Below, in pieces: positions 38,294 through 48,513 of a stretch of DNA of 64,000 bases. Under the pieces are notes generated by a model. That model was not told the DNA's origin, ran no database searches, and was given only the letters and a program-made list of their open reading frames with translations. Location of the stretch: positions 32,112 to 96,111 of the forward strand of contig JBFWOF010000007.1 of the NCBI GenBank assembly GCA_050250665.1, given 5' to 3'. Numbering within the stretch: position 1 is the first letter of the stretch; each line of letters opens with the position of its first letter. This DNA is from Lysobacterales bacterium (lineage in GTDB: Bacteria > Pseudomonadota > Gammaproteobacteria > Xanthomonadales > SZUA-5). Both the position numbers and the translations under genes were made by a program.

Positions 38294-40060
38294 TCAGATC
38301 TCACCGGTCTGCAAACGCCACAGCCTGGCGTATTGACCGTCGCGGGCCAATAGCTGGTCATGGCTGCCTGATTCGATGATGCGACCGTGATCGAGCACGT
38401 GGATGCAATCGGCGTGGCGCACGGTGGACAGCCGATGGGCCACCACCAGCACGCTGCGACCCTGGGCGGCACTGCGCAGCGAATGGGCGATGGCGGCTTC
38501 GGTTTCGTTGTCGATGGCGCTGGTGGCTTCGTCCAGCACCAGAATCAGGGGATCGCGATAGAGGGCGCGGGCCAGGGCGATGCGCTGGCGTTGTCCGCCC
38601 GATAGCTCCGATCCGGCTTCGCCGACCGCATATCCATAGCCACCGGGCATGGCGACAATGAAGTCATGCGCCTCGGCGGCGCGCGCCGCGGCTTCGATCC
38701 GCGCTGGATCGGGCTGGTCGTCGCCGTAGGCGATGTTGTCGGCCACCGTGCCGTCGGTGAGAAAGGGCTCCTGGGCGACGAAAGCGATGCGCTGGCGCAG
38801 CTGGCCCGGATCGATGCCGCGGATGTCGGTGCCATCCAGCCGGATGCTTCCGGCCCGCGGGTCCAGAAAGCGCAGCAGCAGCTTCAGCAGCGTGCTCTTG
38901 CCGCTGCCGGTGCTGCCGACCAGGGCCACGGTGGCGCCGGCAGGCACGGCAAAGCTGACGCCCGCCAGCGCCGGTCGCTCGCCATAGGCGAATTCGACGG
39001 CCTCGAACTGCAGTTCGCCGCGTGCCGGTGTCGGCAGCCCTCCGGTCGCGCGCACCGGCGCCGGCGTCGCCAGCAGGTCCAGCACGCGATTGACCGAGGC
39101 CATGGCGCGGTTGTAGAGATCGGTCATGTCGGCCAATCGGGTCATCGGCCACAGCAGCCGCTGGGTCAGGTAGACCAGCGCCGAATAGCTGCCCACCCCG
39201 AGTTGGCCCTGCAGCGTCAACCAGCCGCCGTAGAGCAGCGTGGCGACGAAACCGATCAGAATGGCCAGACGAATCACCGGCGTGATCGCGGCGGCGAAAC
39301 GGATGGCCTCGGCATTGCTGGCGCGATAGCCATCCGAGGCGGCGCGCAGATGTCCGGCCTCGAAATCCTCTGCGGTATAGGCCTGGATGGTGGCCATGCC
39401 GCGCAGATTGTTGTCCAGCCGCGCCGACAGCGTGGCCGCCGCCTCGCGGGCGGCGGCATAGCGCGGACCCAGACGGGCCTGAAACCAGAAGGCGCCGATC
39501 ACGATCAGCGGAATTGGCAGGATCGCCAGCACTGCCAGCGTTGGTGTCATCACGAAGAACACCGCGCCCACCAGCAAGGACGACACGAATACCTGGATCA
39601 GATCATTGGCGCCGGTGTTGACGAAGCGCTCGACCTGATTGATGTCCTCGTTCATCAGCGCCATCAGCCGACCGCTGCGGGCGCGGGCAATGGTGTCGGG
39701 TGGCAGCTGCTGTAGATGCTCGTAGGCCGCCTGCCGCAAGCCGTGCTGCAGATCCTGCGCCAGCCCGCGCCAGTTCACCGCGTACAGGTATTCGAACAGC
39801 GATTCCAGCGCCCAGATGACGATGGTCAGTGCCGTCAGCCACAGCAGCTGGGTCATCGGCTCGATGATGCCGAGGCGCGCCAGGAAGGATTCCTTCTGGT
39901 TGACGACCACATCGACAGCGACACCGATCAGGATCTCCGGCAGCACGTCGAAGAATTTGTTCAGCGTCGAATACAGGCTGGCCCGGAATGCCCGCGCACG
40001 GTGCGGTGCGGCGTAGACATAGAGGCGTTTGAGCGGGTGCTGCGCAGCGCTGGCGGTCAT
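38294..40060 (-). CDS. ABC exporter, fused permease/ATPase (MsbA/multidrug type)
   Basis: Six-TM N-terminal half, Walker A GSTGSGKST, signature LSGGQRQR, Walker B ILVLDEATS. Confidence 0.9.
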   Translation of the reverse strand: MTASAAQHPLKRLYVYAAPHRARAFRASLYSTLNKFFDVLPEILIGVAVDVVVNQKESFLARLGIIEPMTQLLWLTALTIVIWALESLFEYLYAVNWRGLAQDLQHGLRQAAYEHLQQLPPDTIARARSGRLMALMNEDINQVERFVNTGANDLIQVFVSSLLVGAVFFVMTPTLAVLAILPIPLIVIGAFWFQARLGPRYAAAREAAATLSARLDNNLRGMATIQAYTAEDFEAGHLRAASDGYRASNAEAIRFAAAITPVIRLAILIGFVATLLYGGWLTLQGQLGVGSYSALVYLTQRLLWPMTRLADMTDLYNRAMASVNRVLDLLATPAPVRATGGLPTPARGELQFEAVEFAYGERPALAGVSFAVPAGATVALVGSTGSGKSTLLKLLLRFLDPRAGSIRLDGTDIRGIDPGQLRQRIAFVAQEPFLTDGTVADNIAYGDDQPDPARIEAAARAAEAHDFIVAMPGGYGYAVGEAGSELSGGQRQRIALARALYRDPLILVLDEATSAIDNETEAAIAHSLRSAAQGRSVLVVAHRLSTVRHADCIHVLDHGRIIESGSHDQLLARDGQYARLWRLQTGEI

Positions 40061-40196
40061 CGGTCGGAATCATCAGGGATTGCCGCGGACACTGCCTGCA
40101 TGCGCTGCCAGCGACAAGATGTTGAAGAGCGGATTGAAGGGCGAAGCGCGGGCGCGGCAGCCACCGTATAGCTGGTGGAAACCCCGGGGGGCAGGT

Positions 40197-40835
40197 TTAC
40201 TCCGGCGCCAGCTCGATCAGCACCTCATTGCGGCGGAACGGTGGCAGTACCCAGGGGGCATTGTAGCGGGCAGTCCACGGCATGCCCTGGGTACTGAGGC
40301 CCGCCGCGGTCAGCAGCTGCTTCAGGCTGGATTCGGCCCGTGCAAACTGGGCCGGCGTGCCGCGGCCGGAAAAGCGGATTGCCGCCACCCGTCGCGGTGC
40401 GACGCTGCGCAGCTCCACCCGCGGATCGGTAGGTCTGGGCAATGTGGCCAGCTGCGAATCGGCTGGCATGTAGAAGCTCATGCGCCAGCGACCCTCGCCG
40501 TGGGGTCCACTGCTGATTCGATCGGCTGCACTGGGGTAGGTCGCCAGTTCGGGCGCCATCGCCACCGGCGCGGTCATGGCAATCTTCTGCCGGTCCTGAT
40601 TTCCGCCGAAGATGTAATTGGCCAGGCGTCTGAATCCGGCATTGCCTGCATCCCGGAAATCGCCCTCATCGACAATCGTCTCGGCGACGATGACGCTGTC
40701 GTAGCGGCGGACTTCAGCCTGGTCAGCGAGGGTCTGTTCTACCTGGTAGGGCACTTGTTCGGTGGCCATGGTGTTCTCCGCCGGCAAAGCCGAGAGGCTG
40801 AGCAGCAGCATGAGCGATCCCAGACGGGCATTCAT
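40197..40835 (-). CDS. SOUL/heme-binding-protein family, secreted
   Basis: Signal peptide, then NAGFRRLANYIFGGN ... IAMTAPV, typical of SOUL family. Confidence 0.7.
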   Translation of the reverse strand: MNARLGSLMLLLSLSALPAENTMATEQVPYQVEQTLADQAEVRRYDSVIVAETIVDEGDFRDAGNAGFRRLANYIFGGNQDRQKIAMTAPVAMAPELATYPSAADRISSGPHGEGRWRMSFYMPADSQLATLPRPTDPRVELRSVAPRRVAAIRFSGRGTPAQFARAESSLKQLLTAAGLSTQGMPWTARYNAPWVLPPFRRNEVLIELAPE

Positions 40836-41110
40836 CGTTCACTCCAGAAGGTCAGGCAAGATGTCGATCGCCGTTCTGAGTGCCGGCGCAGGCCAGGCTG
40901 GCCTGCCTGGTGCCGCGGAGGTGCAATCGACGAAAGCCTGAGTATCGATCTTCCGCTGTGCAGAAGCGGTCAGCGCCCGCCATCAGCGATGCGCTGGTCG
41001 GCGAAAAAATCCTTGGTGGAGATATCAAAATGGCGTGAAATCCGGCGTAGCATCGGCGCGCCTGCGGGCCCGTCGTGGGCGCGCCGATGACGCGTTCGAG
41101 GACTGCCGAG

Positions 41111-42388
41111 ATGGCCTCTGGCAACAAACTGACGGTGTACATACTGATCGCGCTGGTGCTGGGCGCGATGACCGGTCTGGTGATCCATGGCACCGTCGCC
41201 GATCCGGGGGCGACCGTGCCCTGGTTCAGCATGGTCACGACGATCTTCCTGCGCCTGATCAAGATGATCATCGCGCCACTGGTGTTCGCGACGCTGGTGG
41301 TGGGCATTGCCAAGATGGGCGATGTCGGCACCGTTGGCCGTATCGGCATCAAGGCGCTGGTCTGGTTTGTCGGTGCCTCGCTGGTGTCCTTGCTGCTCGG
41401 ATTGGTGCTGGTCAATCTGTTTCAGCCGGGCGTGAACATCGGCATCGAGTTGCCGGGCGCCGACGCGCAGACCGATATCGTTGCCACCGGCATGAGCCTG
41501 CAGGATTTCATCACCCATCTGGTGCCAAGCAGCATCGTCGATGGCATGGCGAAGAACGAGATTCTGCAGATCGTGGTGTTCTCGGTGTTCTTCGGCGTGG
41601 GGTGCGCCGGCGTCGGCGACAAGGCCAGGGTACTGGTGGATGCGCTGGAAGGCCTGTCCTATGTGATGCTGCGCATGACCATGCTGGTGATGTGGTTCGC
41701 ACCCTTCGCCGTGTTCGCCGCGGTCTCGGCGGCGATTGCCAAGAGCGGCGTCGAAGTCTTCCTGGTCTACGGGCGCTTCATGGCCGAGTTCTACATCGGC
41801 ATCCTGCTGCTCTGGGGCGTGTTGTTCCTGGCCGCCTGGAGTGTCATCGGCAAGCGCGCCGTCACCTTGTTCAAGGCGGTGCGCGAGCCCACGCTGCTGG
41901 CCTTTGCCACCGCCTCCAGTGAAGCGGCCTATCCGAAAACCCTGGCGATGCTGGAGAAATTCGGCTGCAGCAATCGGGTGGCGTCCTTCGTGTTACCGCT
42001 GGGCTATTCCTTCAATCTCGACGGCTCGATGATGTACTGCACTTTCGCCGTGCTGTTCATCGCCCAGGCCTATGGCATTGATCTCAGCGCCGGCCAGCAG
42101 CTGACCATGTTGCTGATCCTGATGGTCACCTCCAAGGGCATGGCCGGCGTGCCGCGGGCCTCGCTGGTGGTCATCGCAGCCACGCTGTCGCAGTTCAATA
42201 TTCCCGAGGCCGGCTTGTTGCTGCTGCTGGCGGTCGATCACTTCCTGGACATGGCGCGCTCGGCCACCAACGTCATCGGCAACAGCGTGGCCACCGCCGT
42301 GGTCTCGCATTGGGATGGCCAGCTGCGCAGCGAGGCCGAGGTCAACGCCGAATTGCTGCATGCGGTGGGCGCGGACGAGGCGGCGTAG
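41111..42388 (+). CDS. dicarboxylate/amino acid:cation symporter (DAACS family)
   Basis: FLRLIKMIIAPLVF, SSEAAYP, GYSFNLDGS and SKGMAGVP motifs. Start placed at ATG 41111. Confidence 0.9.
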   Translation: MASGNKLTVYILIALVLGAMTGLVIHGTVADPGATVPWFSMVTTIFLRLIKMIIAPLVFATLVVGIAKMGDVGTVGRIGIKALVWFVGASLVSLLLGLVLVNLFQPGVNIGIELPGADAQTDIVATGMSLQDFITHLVPSSIVDGMAKNEILQIVVFSVFFGVGCAGVGDKARVLVDALEGLSYVMLRMTMLVMWFAPFAVFAAVSAAIAKSGVEVFLVYGRFMAEFYIGILLLWGVLFLAAWSVIGKRAVTLFKAVREPTLLAFATASSEAAYPKTLAMLEKFGCSNRVASFVLPLGYSFNLDGSMMYCTFAVLFIAQAYGIDLSAGQQLTMLLILMVTSKGMAGVPRASLVVIAATLSQFNIPEAGLLLLLAVDHFLDMARSATNVIGNSVATAVVSHWDGQLRSEAEVNAELLHAVGADEAA

Positions 42389-42393
42389 CGGAA

Positions 42394-42642
42394 GCAGCGG
42401 AGCAAGCTCCGCTCTACCAAAGCATCGATGTGCGAGGCTCTTGTAGTGCCGAGCTTGCTCGGCAGGGTGTGCGACGAGAGCGGCGGTGTACGAGGCTGTT
42501 GTAGTGCCGAGCTTGCTCGGCAGGGTGTGCTGTTGAAGAGATGCAGGCAGCGACAAGCCCAGCCAAAGCAGCGGAGCAAGCTCCGCTCTACCAAAGCATC
42601 GATGTGCGAGGCTCTTGTAGTGCCGAGCTTGCTCGGCAGGGT
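42394..42642. repeat. REP-like cluster, family 3
   Basis: A ~75-bp unit (GCAGCGGAGCAAGCTCCGC...GTAGTGCCGAGCTTGCTCGGCAGGGT) occurs at 42394-42468 and 42568-42642. An extra copy of the GTAGTGCCGAGCTTGCTCGGCAGGGTGTGC hairpin lies at about 42501-42530. Confidence 0.85.
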
Positions 42643-42682
42643 CTGCTAGCCTTTGCAGCCTCTGACGGCATCGGATGAAATC

Positions 42683-45600
42683 ATGCGCGCATCCCGTTTG
42701 ATCGCGGTTTTGACGCTTTACGGCACGGCGCTGATGGCCAATCCGGTCCCCGACGCGGCACTGAATGATCTGGACTGGCGTCTGCTCGGACCTTTCCGTG
42801 GCGGCTGGAGCACCGTCGCCGTCGGCGTGCCCGAGTCACCCGATACCTACTACTTCGGCGCCGCTGGCGGCGGGGTCTGGAAGACCACCGACAGTGGCAA
42901 GAACTGGCGTCCGATCTTCGACCAGCAGGCCGCTTCGGTCGGCGCTGTGGCCGTGGCACCCAGCGATCCGCGGGTGATCTATGTCGGCACCGGTCAGCCG
43001 CAGGCGCGCTACGACACCGCGGCCGGCGATGGCGTCTACGGCAGTCGCGATGGCGGTCAAAGCTGGAGCCACCTCGGCCTGACGCTGACCCGTCACATCG
43101 GCGCCATTTCGGTCGATCCGGCCGACGCCAACACGGTGCTGGTGGCGGCCCTGGGTCCGTTGTACGCGCAGAGCCCCGATCGCGGCGTTTATCGCAGCAG
43201 CGATGGCGGCCAGTCGTGGACGCGCACGCTGGCCATCGACGATGCCACCGGCGCGGTCGATCTGGCGCGCGATCCGCCCCACCCGCAGCGCATCTATGCG
43301 GCCGCCTGGGAATCGCGCAATTACCCGTGGATGAGCTATTTCACGCCGATGGTCGGCAAGGGCAGCGGGATCTATCGATCCGAGGATGGCGGTCTGAGCT
43401 GGACGCGACTGCAGGGCGAAGGCTGGCCCGAGGACGCTGTCGGACGCATCGGTCTGGCGGTGGCGGCACACGGGGTATCCACCCGCATCTATGCCGTGGT
43501 CGATTCGGAAGCATCGGGCGGCCTCTATCGCTCCGACGACGACGGTGCCCACTGGCAGCGGGTACAGGCCAATCCGGAGCTGGGTTCGAGCTACTTCGGC
43601 CGGGTGACCGTCGATCCCGATGACGCCGACACGGTCTACATCATGGATCGCTCGATCCGGGTTTCGCACGATGCCGGCCTGACGCTCAGCTGGCTGCGCG
43701 GCTCGCCCGGCGGCGACGACTATCACGACCTGTGGATCAATCCGCTGCAGCCGCAGCACCTGATTGCCGCCAGCGATCAGGGCACCGTGGTCAGCAGCAA
43801 TGGTGGCGACAGCTGGAGCGACTGGTACAACCAGCCCACCGGCCAGTTCTACTGCCTGCACGTGGACCAGCGCTTTCCGTATTGGCTCTATGCCGGACAG
43901 CAGGACAATGGTTCGGTCGCCATCACCAGCCGCTCCGACTACGGCGCCATCAGTTTCCGGGACTGGCATCCGGTGGGCGCCGACGAGCGCGATTGTGATG
44001 TGCCCGATCCGGACGACGCCAACATCGTCTACGGCAGTGGCCTGGGCGGTCGGGTAGGGCGCTTCGATGCGCGCACCGGCGATGTGCAGAACATCAGCCC
44101 TTCGCTGATCAACAGCTACGGCCGCGATCCGCGCACGGTCGAACATCGCTGGGCCTGGATGACGCCGCTGACCATCAGTCCGCTGGCGCCGCATTCGCTC
44201 TTTCTCGGTGCCCAGATCCTGTGGCGCAGCGATGACCGCGGCCAGAACTGGCGCGTGATCAGTGGCGATCTCACCGGCAAGACCCGTGAGGCCGCCGAGT
44301 GCGCCGGCGAGGTGGCACAGTCAGACGCGCGTGCCTGCGGCTTTGGCGTGATCTACACCATCGCCCCGTCGCCGCACGACGCCGAGGAAGTCTGGGTGGG
44401 CACCGACAGTGGTCTGCTGCAGCGCACGCGTGATGGCGGCCAGAGCTGGGAGAACCTGACACCGCCGACCTTGCCCGAATGGGGCATCGTCAGCCGCATC
44501 GAGCTGTCGGCACTGGACCGGAACACGGTTTATCTGGCGGTGGATCGCCATCGTCTGAACCAGTTCGCGCCGATGATCTTCCGCTCCCATGACGGCGGTC
44601 AGAGCTGGACCGAGATCAGCGCCGGCCTGCCGCCGGGCGAGTTCAGCAGCGTTGTTCGCGCCGATCCGGTGCAGGCCGGATTGCTGTTCGTCGGCACCGA
44701 TCGCGGGGTCTACACCTCCGTCGACGATGGCGCGCACTGGCAGCCCCTGAGCCGTCAGCTGCCGGTGGCCTGGGTGCGTGACATGCGCGTGGTTGGCGAT
44801 GATCTGGCCATCGCCACGCAGGGGCGCGGACTGTGGATCCTGGACAACATCAGTCGCTTGCGCGCGCTGGCGCAGCAGCCGGTTTTCAGCGCGCCACGGC
44901 TGTTCCCGCCGGCAGCCGCCATCCGTCTGCGCCAGAACCAGAACAAGGACACGCCGCTGGCGGCGGAGATACCGCTCGGGCGCAATCCGCCCACCGGCGC
45001 GCTGATCGAGTACTACCTGCCCAAGCCCGCCAGCACGGTCGAGCTGCGCATCCTGGCGGCCGACGGCAGCGTGATTCGCCAGTTCAGCAGCGCCGATGAG
45101 CCCGAGGACCTGCCGTCGGAGCAGTATTTCTCCGATCTCTATCGGCGCCCACGCGCCGGTCTGCCCCTGAGTGCTGGCGCCCATCGTTGGGTCTGGAATC
45201 TGCGCCACCCGCGACCGCTGGCGCTGAACTACGACTTCACCATCGCCGCCGTGGCCGGCATTGAAACCGAACGTTTGCCGCAGGGACCGCTGGCCTTGCC
45301 CGGCCCATACACGGTGGAACTGATCGTCGATGGCCGCAAGCAGAGCGCCCCGCTGTCGGTGCGGCTCGACCCGCGCCTGAGCCTGAGCGAATCCGAGCTG
45401 GGCCAGATCCTGGCCTTCAATCAGCAGATCGGGCGGACCCTGGCGAGCGCGGTCGACAGGATCCGCAAGCTCAGTGCCGATCTGGATTTGCTGACGAAGG
45501 CGCCGGCGAAGGCCGACACCGAGGTGCGTACTGCGGCGATCAAGGCCGAACTCGACGGGCAGTCCGGGAAAACTGGTCTGAAGGCCTGGGCCGGCATTCT

Positions 45601-45712
45601 CGCCGGCCTGGCCACGGACGCCGAGAGTGCGGAGCGCGTGCCCACCACCGCGCAACAGGCCCTGCTGAGCGCCGCGATCAAGGCCCTGGAGACCAGGCCC
45701 GCAGCGGGCTGA
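42683..45712 (+). CDS. secreted BNR/Asp-box repeat protein (sortilin/VPS10- or GH74-like double propeller)
   Basis: Signal peptide and about 10 SxDxGxxW boxes (TTDSGKNW, SRDGGQSW, SSDGGQSW, SEDGGLSW, TRDGGQSW and others). Confidence 0.8.
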   Translation: MRASRLIAVLTLYGTALMANPVPDAALNDLDWRLLGPFRGGWSTVAVGVPESPDTYYFGAAGGGVWKTTDSGKNWRPIFDQQAASVGAVAVAPSDPRVIYVGTGQPQARYDTAAGDGVYGSRDGGQSWSHLGLTLTRHIGAISVDPADANTVLVAALGPLYAQSPDRGVYRSSDGGQSWTRTLAIDDATGAVDLARDPPHPQRIYAAAWESRNYPWMSYFTPMVGKGSGIYRSEDGGLSWTRLQGEGWPEDAVGRIGLAVAAHGVSTRIYAVVDSEASGGLYRSDDDGAHWQRVQANPELGSSYFGRVTVDPDDADTVYIMDRSIRVSHDAGLTLSWLRGSPGGDDYHDLWINPLQPQHLIAASDQGTVVSSNGGDSWSDWYNQPTGQFYCLHVDQRFPYWLYAGQQDNGSVAITSRSDYGAISFRDWHPVGADERDCDVPDPDDANIVYGSGLGGRVGRFDARTGDVQNISPSLINSYGRDPRTVEHRWAWMTPLTISPLAPHSLFLGAQILWRSDDRGQNWRVISGDLTGKTREAAECAGEVAQSDARACGFGVIYTIAPSPHDAEEVWVGTDSGLLQRTRDGGQSWENLTPPTLPEWGIVSRIELSALDRNTVYLAVDRHRLNQFAPMIFRSHDGGQSWTEISAGLPPGEFSSVVRADPVQAGLLFVGTDRGVYTSVDDGAHWQPLSRQLPVAWVRDMRVVGDDLAIATQGRGLWILDNISRLRALAQQPVFSAPRLFPPAAAIRLRQNQNKDTPLAAEIPLGRNPPTGALIEYYLPKPASTVELRILAADGSVIRQFSSADEPEDLPSEQYFSDLYRRPRAGLPLSAGAHRWVWNLRHPRPLALNYDFTIAAVAGIETERLPQGPLALPGPYTVELIVDGRKQSAPLSVRLDPRLSLSESELGQILAFNQQIGRTLASAVDRIRKLSADLDLLTKAPAKADTEVRTAAIKAELDGQSGKTGLKAWAGILAGLATDAESAERVPTTAQQALLSAAIKALETRPAAG

Positions 45713-45818
45713 GCGATGCGCGCAGCGGAGGTGCCAGTCCGGAACCTTCTCCCCGCGGCCGGGGAGAAGGTGAAGACCGCGAGGCTGAGCGTGGACAAGT
45801 CGACCACCCGTAGCGGCG

Positions 45819-47990
45819 TCAGTCGCTCAGGCGCGAGATCGGTGTCGCTTGCCGAATCCAGCGGGTGGAGTCTGTCGCCCGCATCAAGGCCTGAATGTCG
45901 ATGCTGCTGGGCGCGGCCGAATCAGACAGATGCAACTGCAGCGTTCCAGCGGCAAAGGACTGCAGCGGCGTGGTCGGGCAACCCGGACATGGCCCGCTGA
46001 AGCCGGTCAGTTCGATGGCCGGAAGTAGACCGGCTGCAGCGGCCTGGGTGCTGCCGATCAGCCAGCGTCCCTGACCGTCATGGTCGTAGGCGTAGAGCAC
46101 GGTGGCCGCGAGCACGGTGCCCGGATTGGCGCCGGTAGCCAACGACAGTCCCCAGCCGGCGTCGTCCGGACTGAACCAGAGGCCGGTGTAATCCGGCTGC
46201 GCTGGTCCCTGGGCATAACGGATCGGCTCCACACACCAGCTGACCTGGCGCTGCTCGATCACCAGATCCAGCACCGCCAGCTCGATCGCGTCGCTGCGGT
46301 CGGTGCCGTCGCGACAGCTCGGGTGGGCCGCGGCGTGGTCGAAGCGCAGCGCCAGCAGCGTGGCGCTGGCCGGCAAGGATCGCTGCATGGGCGTGCGCGT
46401 GGGCGCGTAGTCGTATCGGCGCAGTTCCGGCGCCAGCGCCTGGCCCAGCATCGCGGCGGTACCCAGGTACCACACCGGGGCGCCATCGCTGCCGTAGGTG
46501 TACAGAATCAGCGCATATTGATCGCCGACCCGCTGCAGATCGAAACCATGTCCGGGGCGGGCGCGGTCCCACCACAAACCGCGTGTGGGTGCGGCGGTGG
46601 TCATATGTTTGGGCCCCAGGCCTTCGGCGATCACTTCGGGTAGTTGACCGCTGCCGTCGGTGGTGCCCGATAGCCGAAAGCCGTTGGCCAGATTGCCGTC
46701 GTGGCAGTCGAGACCGCGTTTGACGCAGGAATCGAGCACGGTCTGCAGCACCTCATGATGCCAGCCGTTCATCCAGTCGCCGTGCAGCGACAGGCCGCCG
46801 GCCTCGGTGGCCGTCACCGTGTACATATCCGACGCCAGCCGCCAGCCACGCGAGCTGCGGGTCAGGGGATCGGCATTCTCGGGGCGCACGCCAAAGGCGT
46901 AGTGATAACTCACGCGCAGGATCGGCACCGGATGGGAAGCGGGGCAAACCGTGCTTTGGCCGACGCTGACCGGATAGGCCAGGTGGCTCTTGTGGTCGGC
47001 GCTGTCGAGATCGACGCCGTTCCAGCAGCTCGGGAAGAAGATGTCGAAGCGCAGCCGGTCCGGCGCCACGCACTCGGGGATGGTCGCGGACCAGCGCGGA
47101 TTGCCGGCGTCACTGGAGTTCCAGGACTGGCAGTGCCAGCGCACGATGCTGCTCGATTGCGGCGTGGCGCCCGGCATCACCCGCATGTCACCGGCAATCA
47201 TGCGCAGGCCGGTCGGGATGGGCTGGATCGCGCTGAGGTCGTCGATGCCGGCGGAGTAGTAGAAGACCTCGTGCGCCTCCTCGTCATTGCCGACCACCGC
47301 CGGAACCACGCTCCAGGCCGGCTGGCCACGCTCATCCAGCGCGCGGACGCCATTGCTGTACAGCGGCGCCAGCAGGGTCGGCACCCAATAGACGCTGCGG
47401 TTCACGCGGTTGCCCTGGCAGCTGGAGACGTGGCCATCGTGGACGTCCTCGGCGGCGTACAGCGACTCGATCGTGGTGGCGTAGTTGATGCCCAGAAAGC
47501 CGTAGAAACTGTGCTGATGGGCGGCATAGGCCTGGCCCGGAAACACGATCGGATCGTCGTAGGCACTGTGGGCAAAGGCGCAGTTGATGCGGAAGATGCC
47601 GCGCCAGCTGTTGGGCGCTGCAGCGGCGGGTTGTTGCGTGGTGGGAATCAGATCACTGTTGGCGCCGGCATACACGCTGGTGACGGTCCAGCTGTGGGTG
47701 ATGGCCGGTCCGCGCTGACCGTCGAGGGTGTAGGCGCGCACGGCGAAACGGTGGCTGCCCCGCGCCAGCGCCAGCAGCGTATGCGGGCTGCTGCAACTGG
47801 CGAACGCGGCATCGTCGAGCGCGCACTCGTAGCCCTGCACAGCGCCAGCGCTGAACTCGAAACGGGCGTAGTCGTCGCTGCTGGTGTTGGCCGGCGCATG
47901 CACGAGCACCGTAACCGGCGCCGATTGCGCCTGGGCCAGGCTGGCGCTCAGGAGCAGCAGGCACGCAGGCAGTGTCCAAAGGCTTTTCAT
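45819..47990 (-). CDS. secreted DUF1996-domain protein
   Basis: Signal peptide (LLLLSASLAQAQSA). FRINCAFAHSAYDDPIVFPGQAYAAHQHSFYG matches the DUF1996 signature as remembered. ATGA overlap with the upstream gene. Confidence 0.65.
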   Translation of the reverse strand: MKSLWTLPACLLLLSASLAQAQSAPVTVLVHAPANTSSDDYARFEFSAGAVQGYECALDDAAFASCSSPHTLLALARGSHRFAVRAYTLDGQRGPAITHSWTVTSVYAGANSDLIPTTQQPAAAAPNSWRGIFRINCAFAHSAYDDPIVFPGQAYAAHQHSFYGFLGINYATTIESLYAAEDVHDGHVSSCQGNRVNRSVYWVPTLLAPLYSNGVRALDERGQPAWSVVPAVVGNDEEAHEVFYYSAGIDDLSAIQPIPTGLRMIAGDMRVMPGATPQSSSIVRWHCQSWNSSDAGNPRWSATIPECVAPDRLRFDIFFPSCWNGVDLDSADHKSHLAYPVSVGQSTVCPASHPVPILRVSYHYAFGVRPENADPLTRSSRGWRLASDMYTVTATEAGGLSLHGDWMNGWHHEVLQTVLDSCVKRGLDCHDGNLANGFRLSGTTDGSGQLPEVIAEGLGPKHMTTAAPTRGLWWDRARPGHGFDLQRVGDQYALILYTYGSDGAPVWYLGTAAMLGQALAPELRRYDYAPTRTPMQRSLPASATLLALRFDHAAAHPSCRDGTDRSDAIELAVLDLVIEQRQVSWCVEPIRYAQGPAQPDYTGLWFSPDDAGWGLSLATGANPGTVLAATVLYAYDHDGQGRWLIGSTQAAAAGLLPAIELTGFSGPCPGCPTTPLQSFAAGTLQLHLSDSAAPSSIDIQALMRATDSTRWIRQATPISRLSD

Positions 47991-48340
47991 TGCGCTGCTC
48001 CCGGCTTCTGGGGGCGCTGCGGCCGATCCGGTCGTGGATGCGCCTGCCGCCAGGCCTGCAGGCGCTCGAACTGCGCCGGTGACAGCAGTGTGGCCAGTTC
48101 GCGATCCAGCGATTCGCGTCGGGCCATGCGCTCGGCGCGAGTCGATTGTCTGCGGGCTTCACGGTCGGCGCGGGCCTGCTCGAACAATGAGCGCACCGGT
48201 CCCTGCTGCTCCGGCGTCAATTCCAGCGCCTGTACCAGCTCGTCGAGGGCCGGTCGCGGGGCCGCTGGTGCAGCCCAGCTCATGGAGCTTGCGAGCAGCA
48301 GCGCGGCGAAGGTATGCAGCCTGTATGCGGAGTTGATCAT
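47987..48340 (-). CDS. periplasmic LTXXQ-motif protein (Spy/CpxP-like)
   Basis: Signal peptide (FAALLLASSMSWA), LTPEQ and LSPAQ motifs, Arg/Glu-rich helices. Start at ATG 48340. Confidence 0.6.
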   Translation of the reverse strand: MINSAYRLHTFAALLLASSMSWAAPAAPRPALDELVQALELTPEQQGPVRSLFEQARADREARRQSTRAERMARRESLDRELATLLSPAQFERLQAWRQAHPRPDRPQRPQKPGAAQ

Positions 48341-48513
48341 GGTGATGTCCCTGCTTGCGCCGGCGATCTCCGGCAAGCAGACGATCGGCAATTTCTGTGC
48401 TTCGAATTCGAGCACGCGGTGAGGAAATTGTGGAGTTTGCTGACGCCGCCTGTTGCACAGAGGGACAAGTGGTTACTGTCACTGCAGGCGAGAACCAACC
48501 CGGATCCCCATCG

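Noticed and set aside
42394-42642. Possible CRISPR array (also considered for 60831..61076)
   Set aside because: The repeated units are long palindromic REP-type hairpins. The material between them is itself repeated rather than unique spacers, only 2-3 copies occur, and no cas genes or leader are present.
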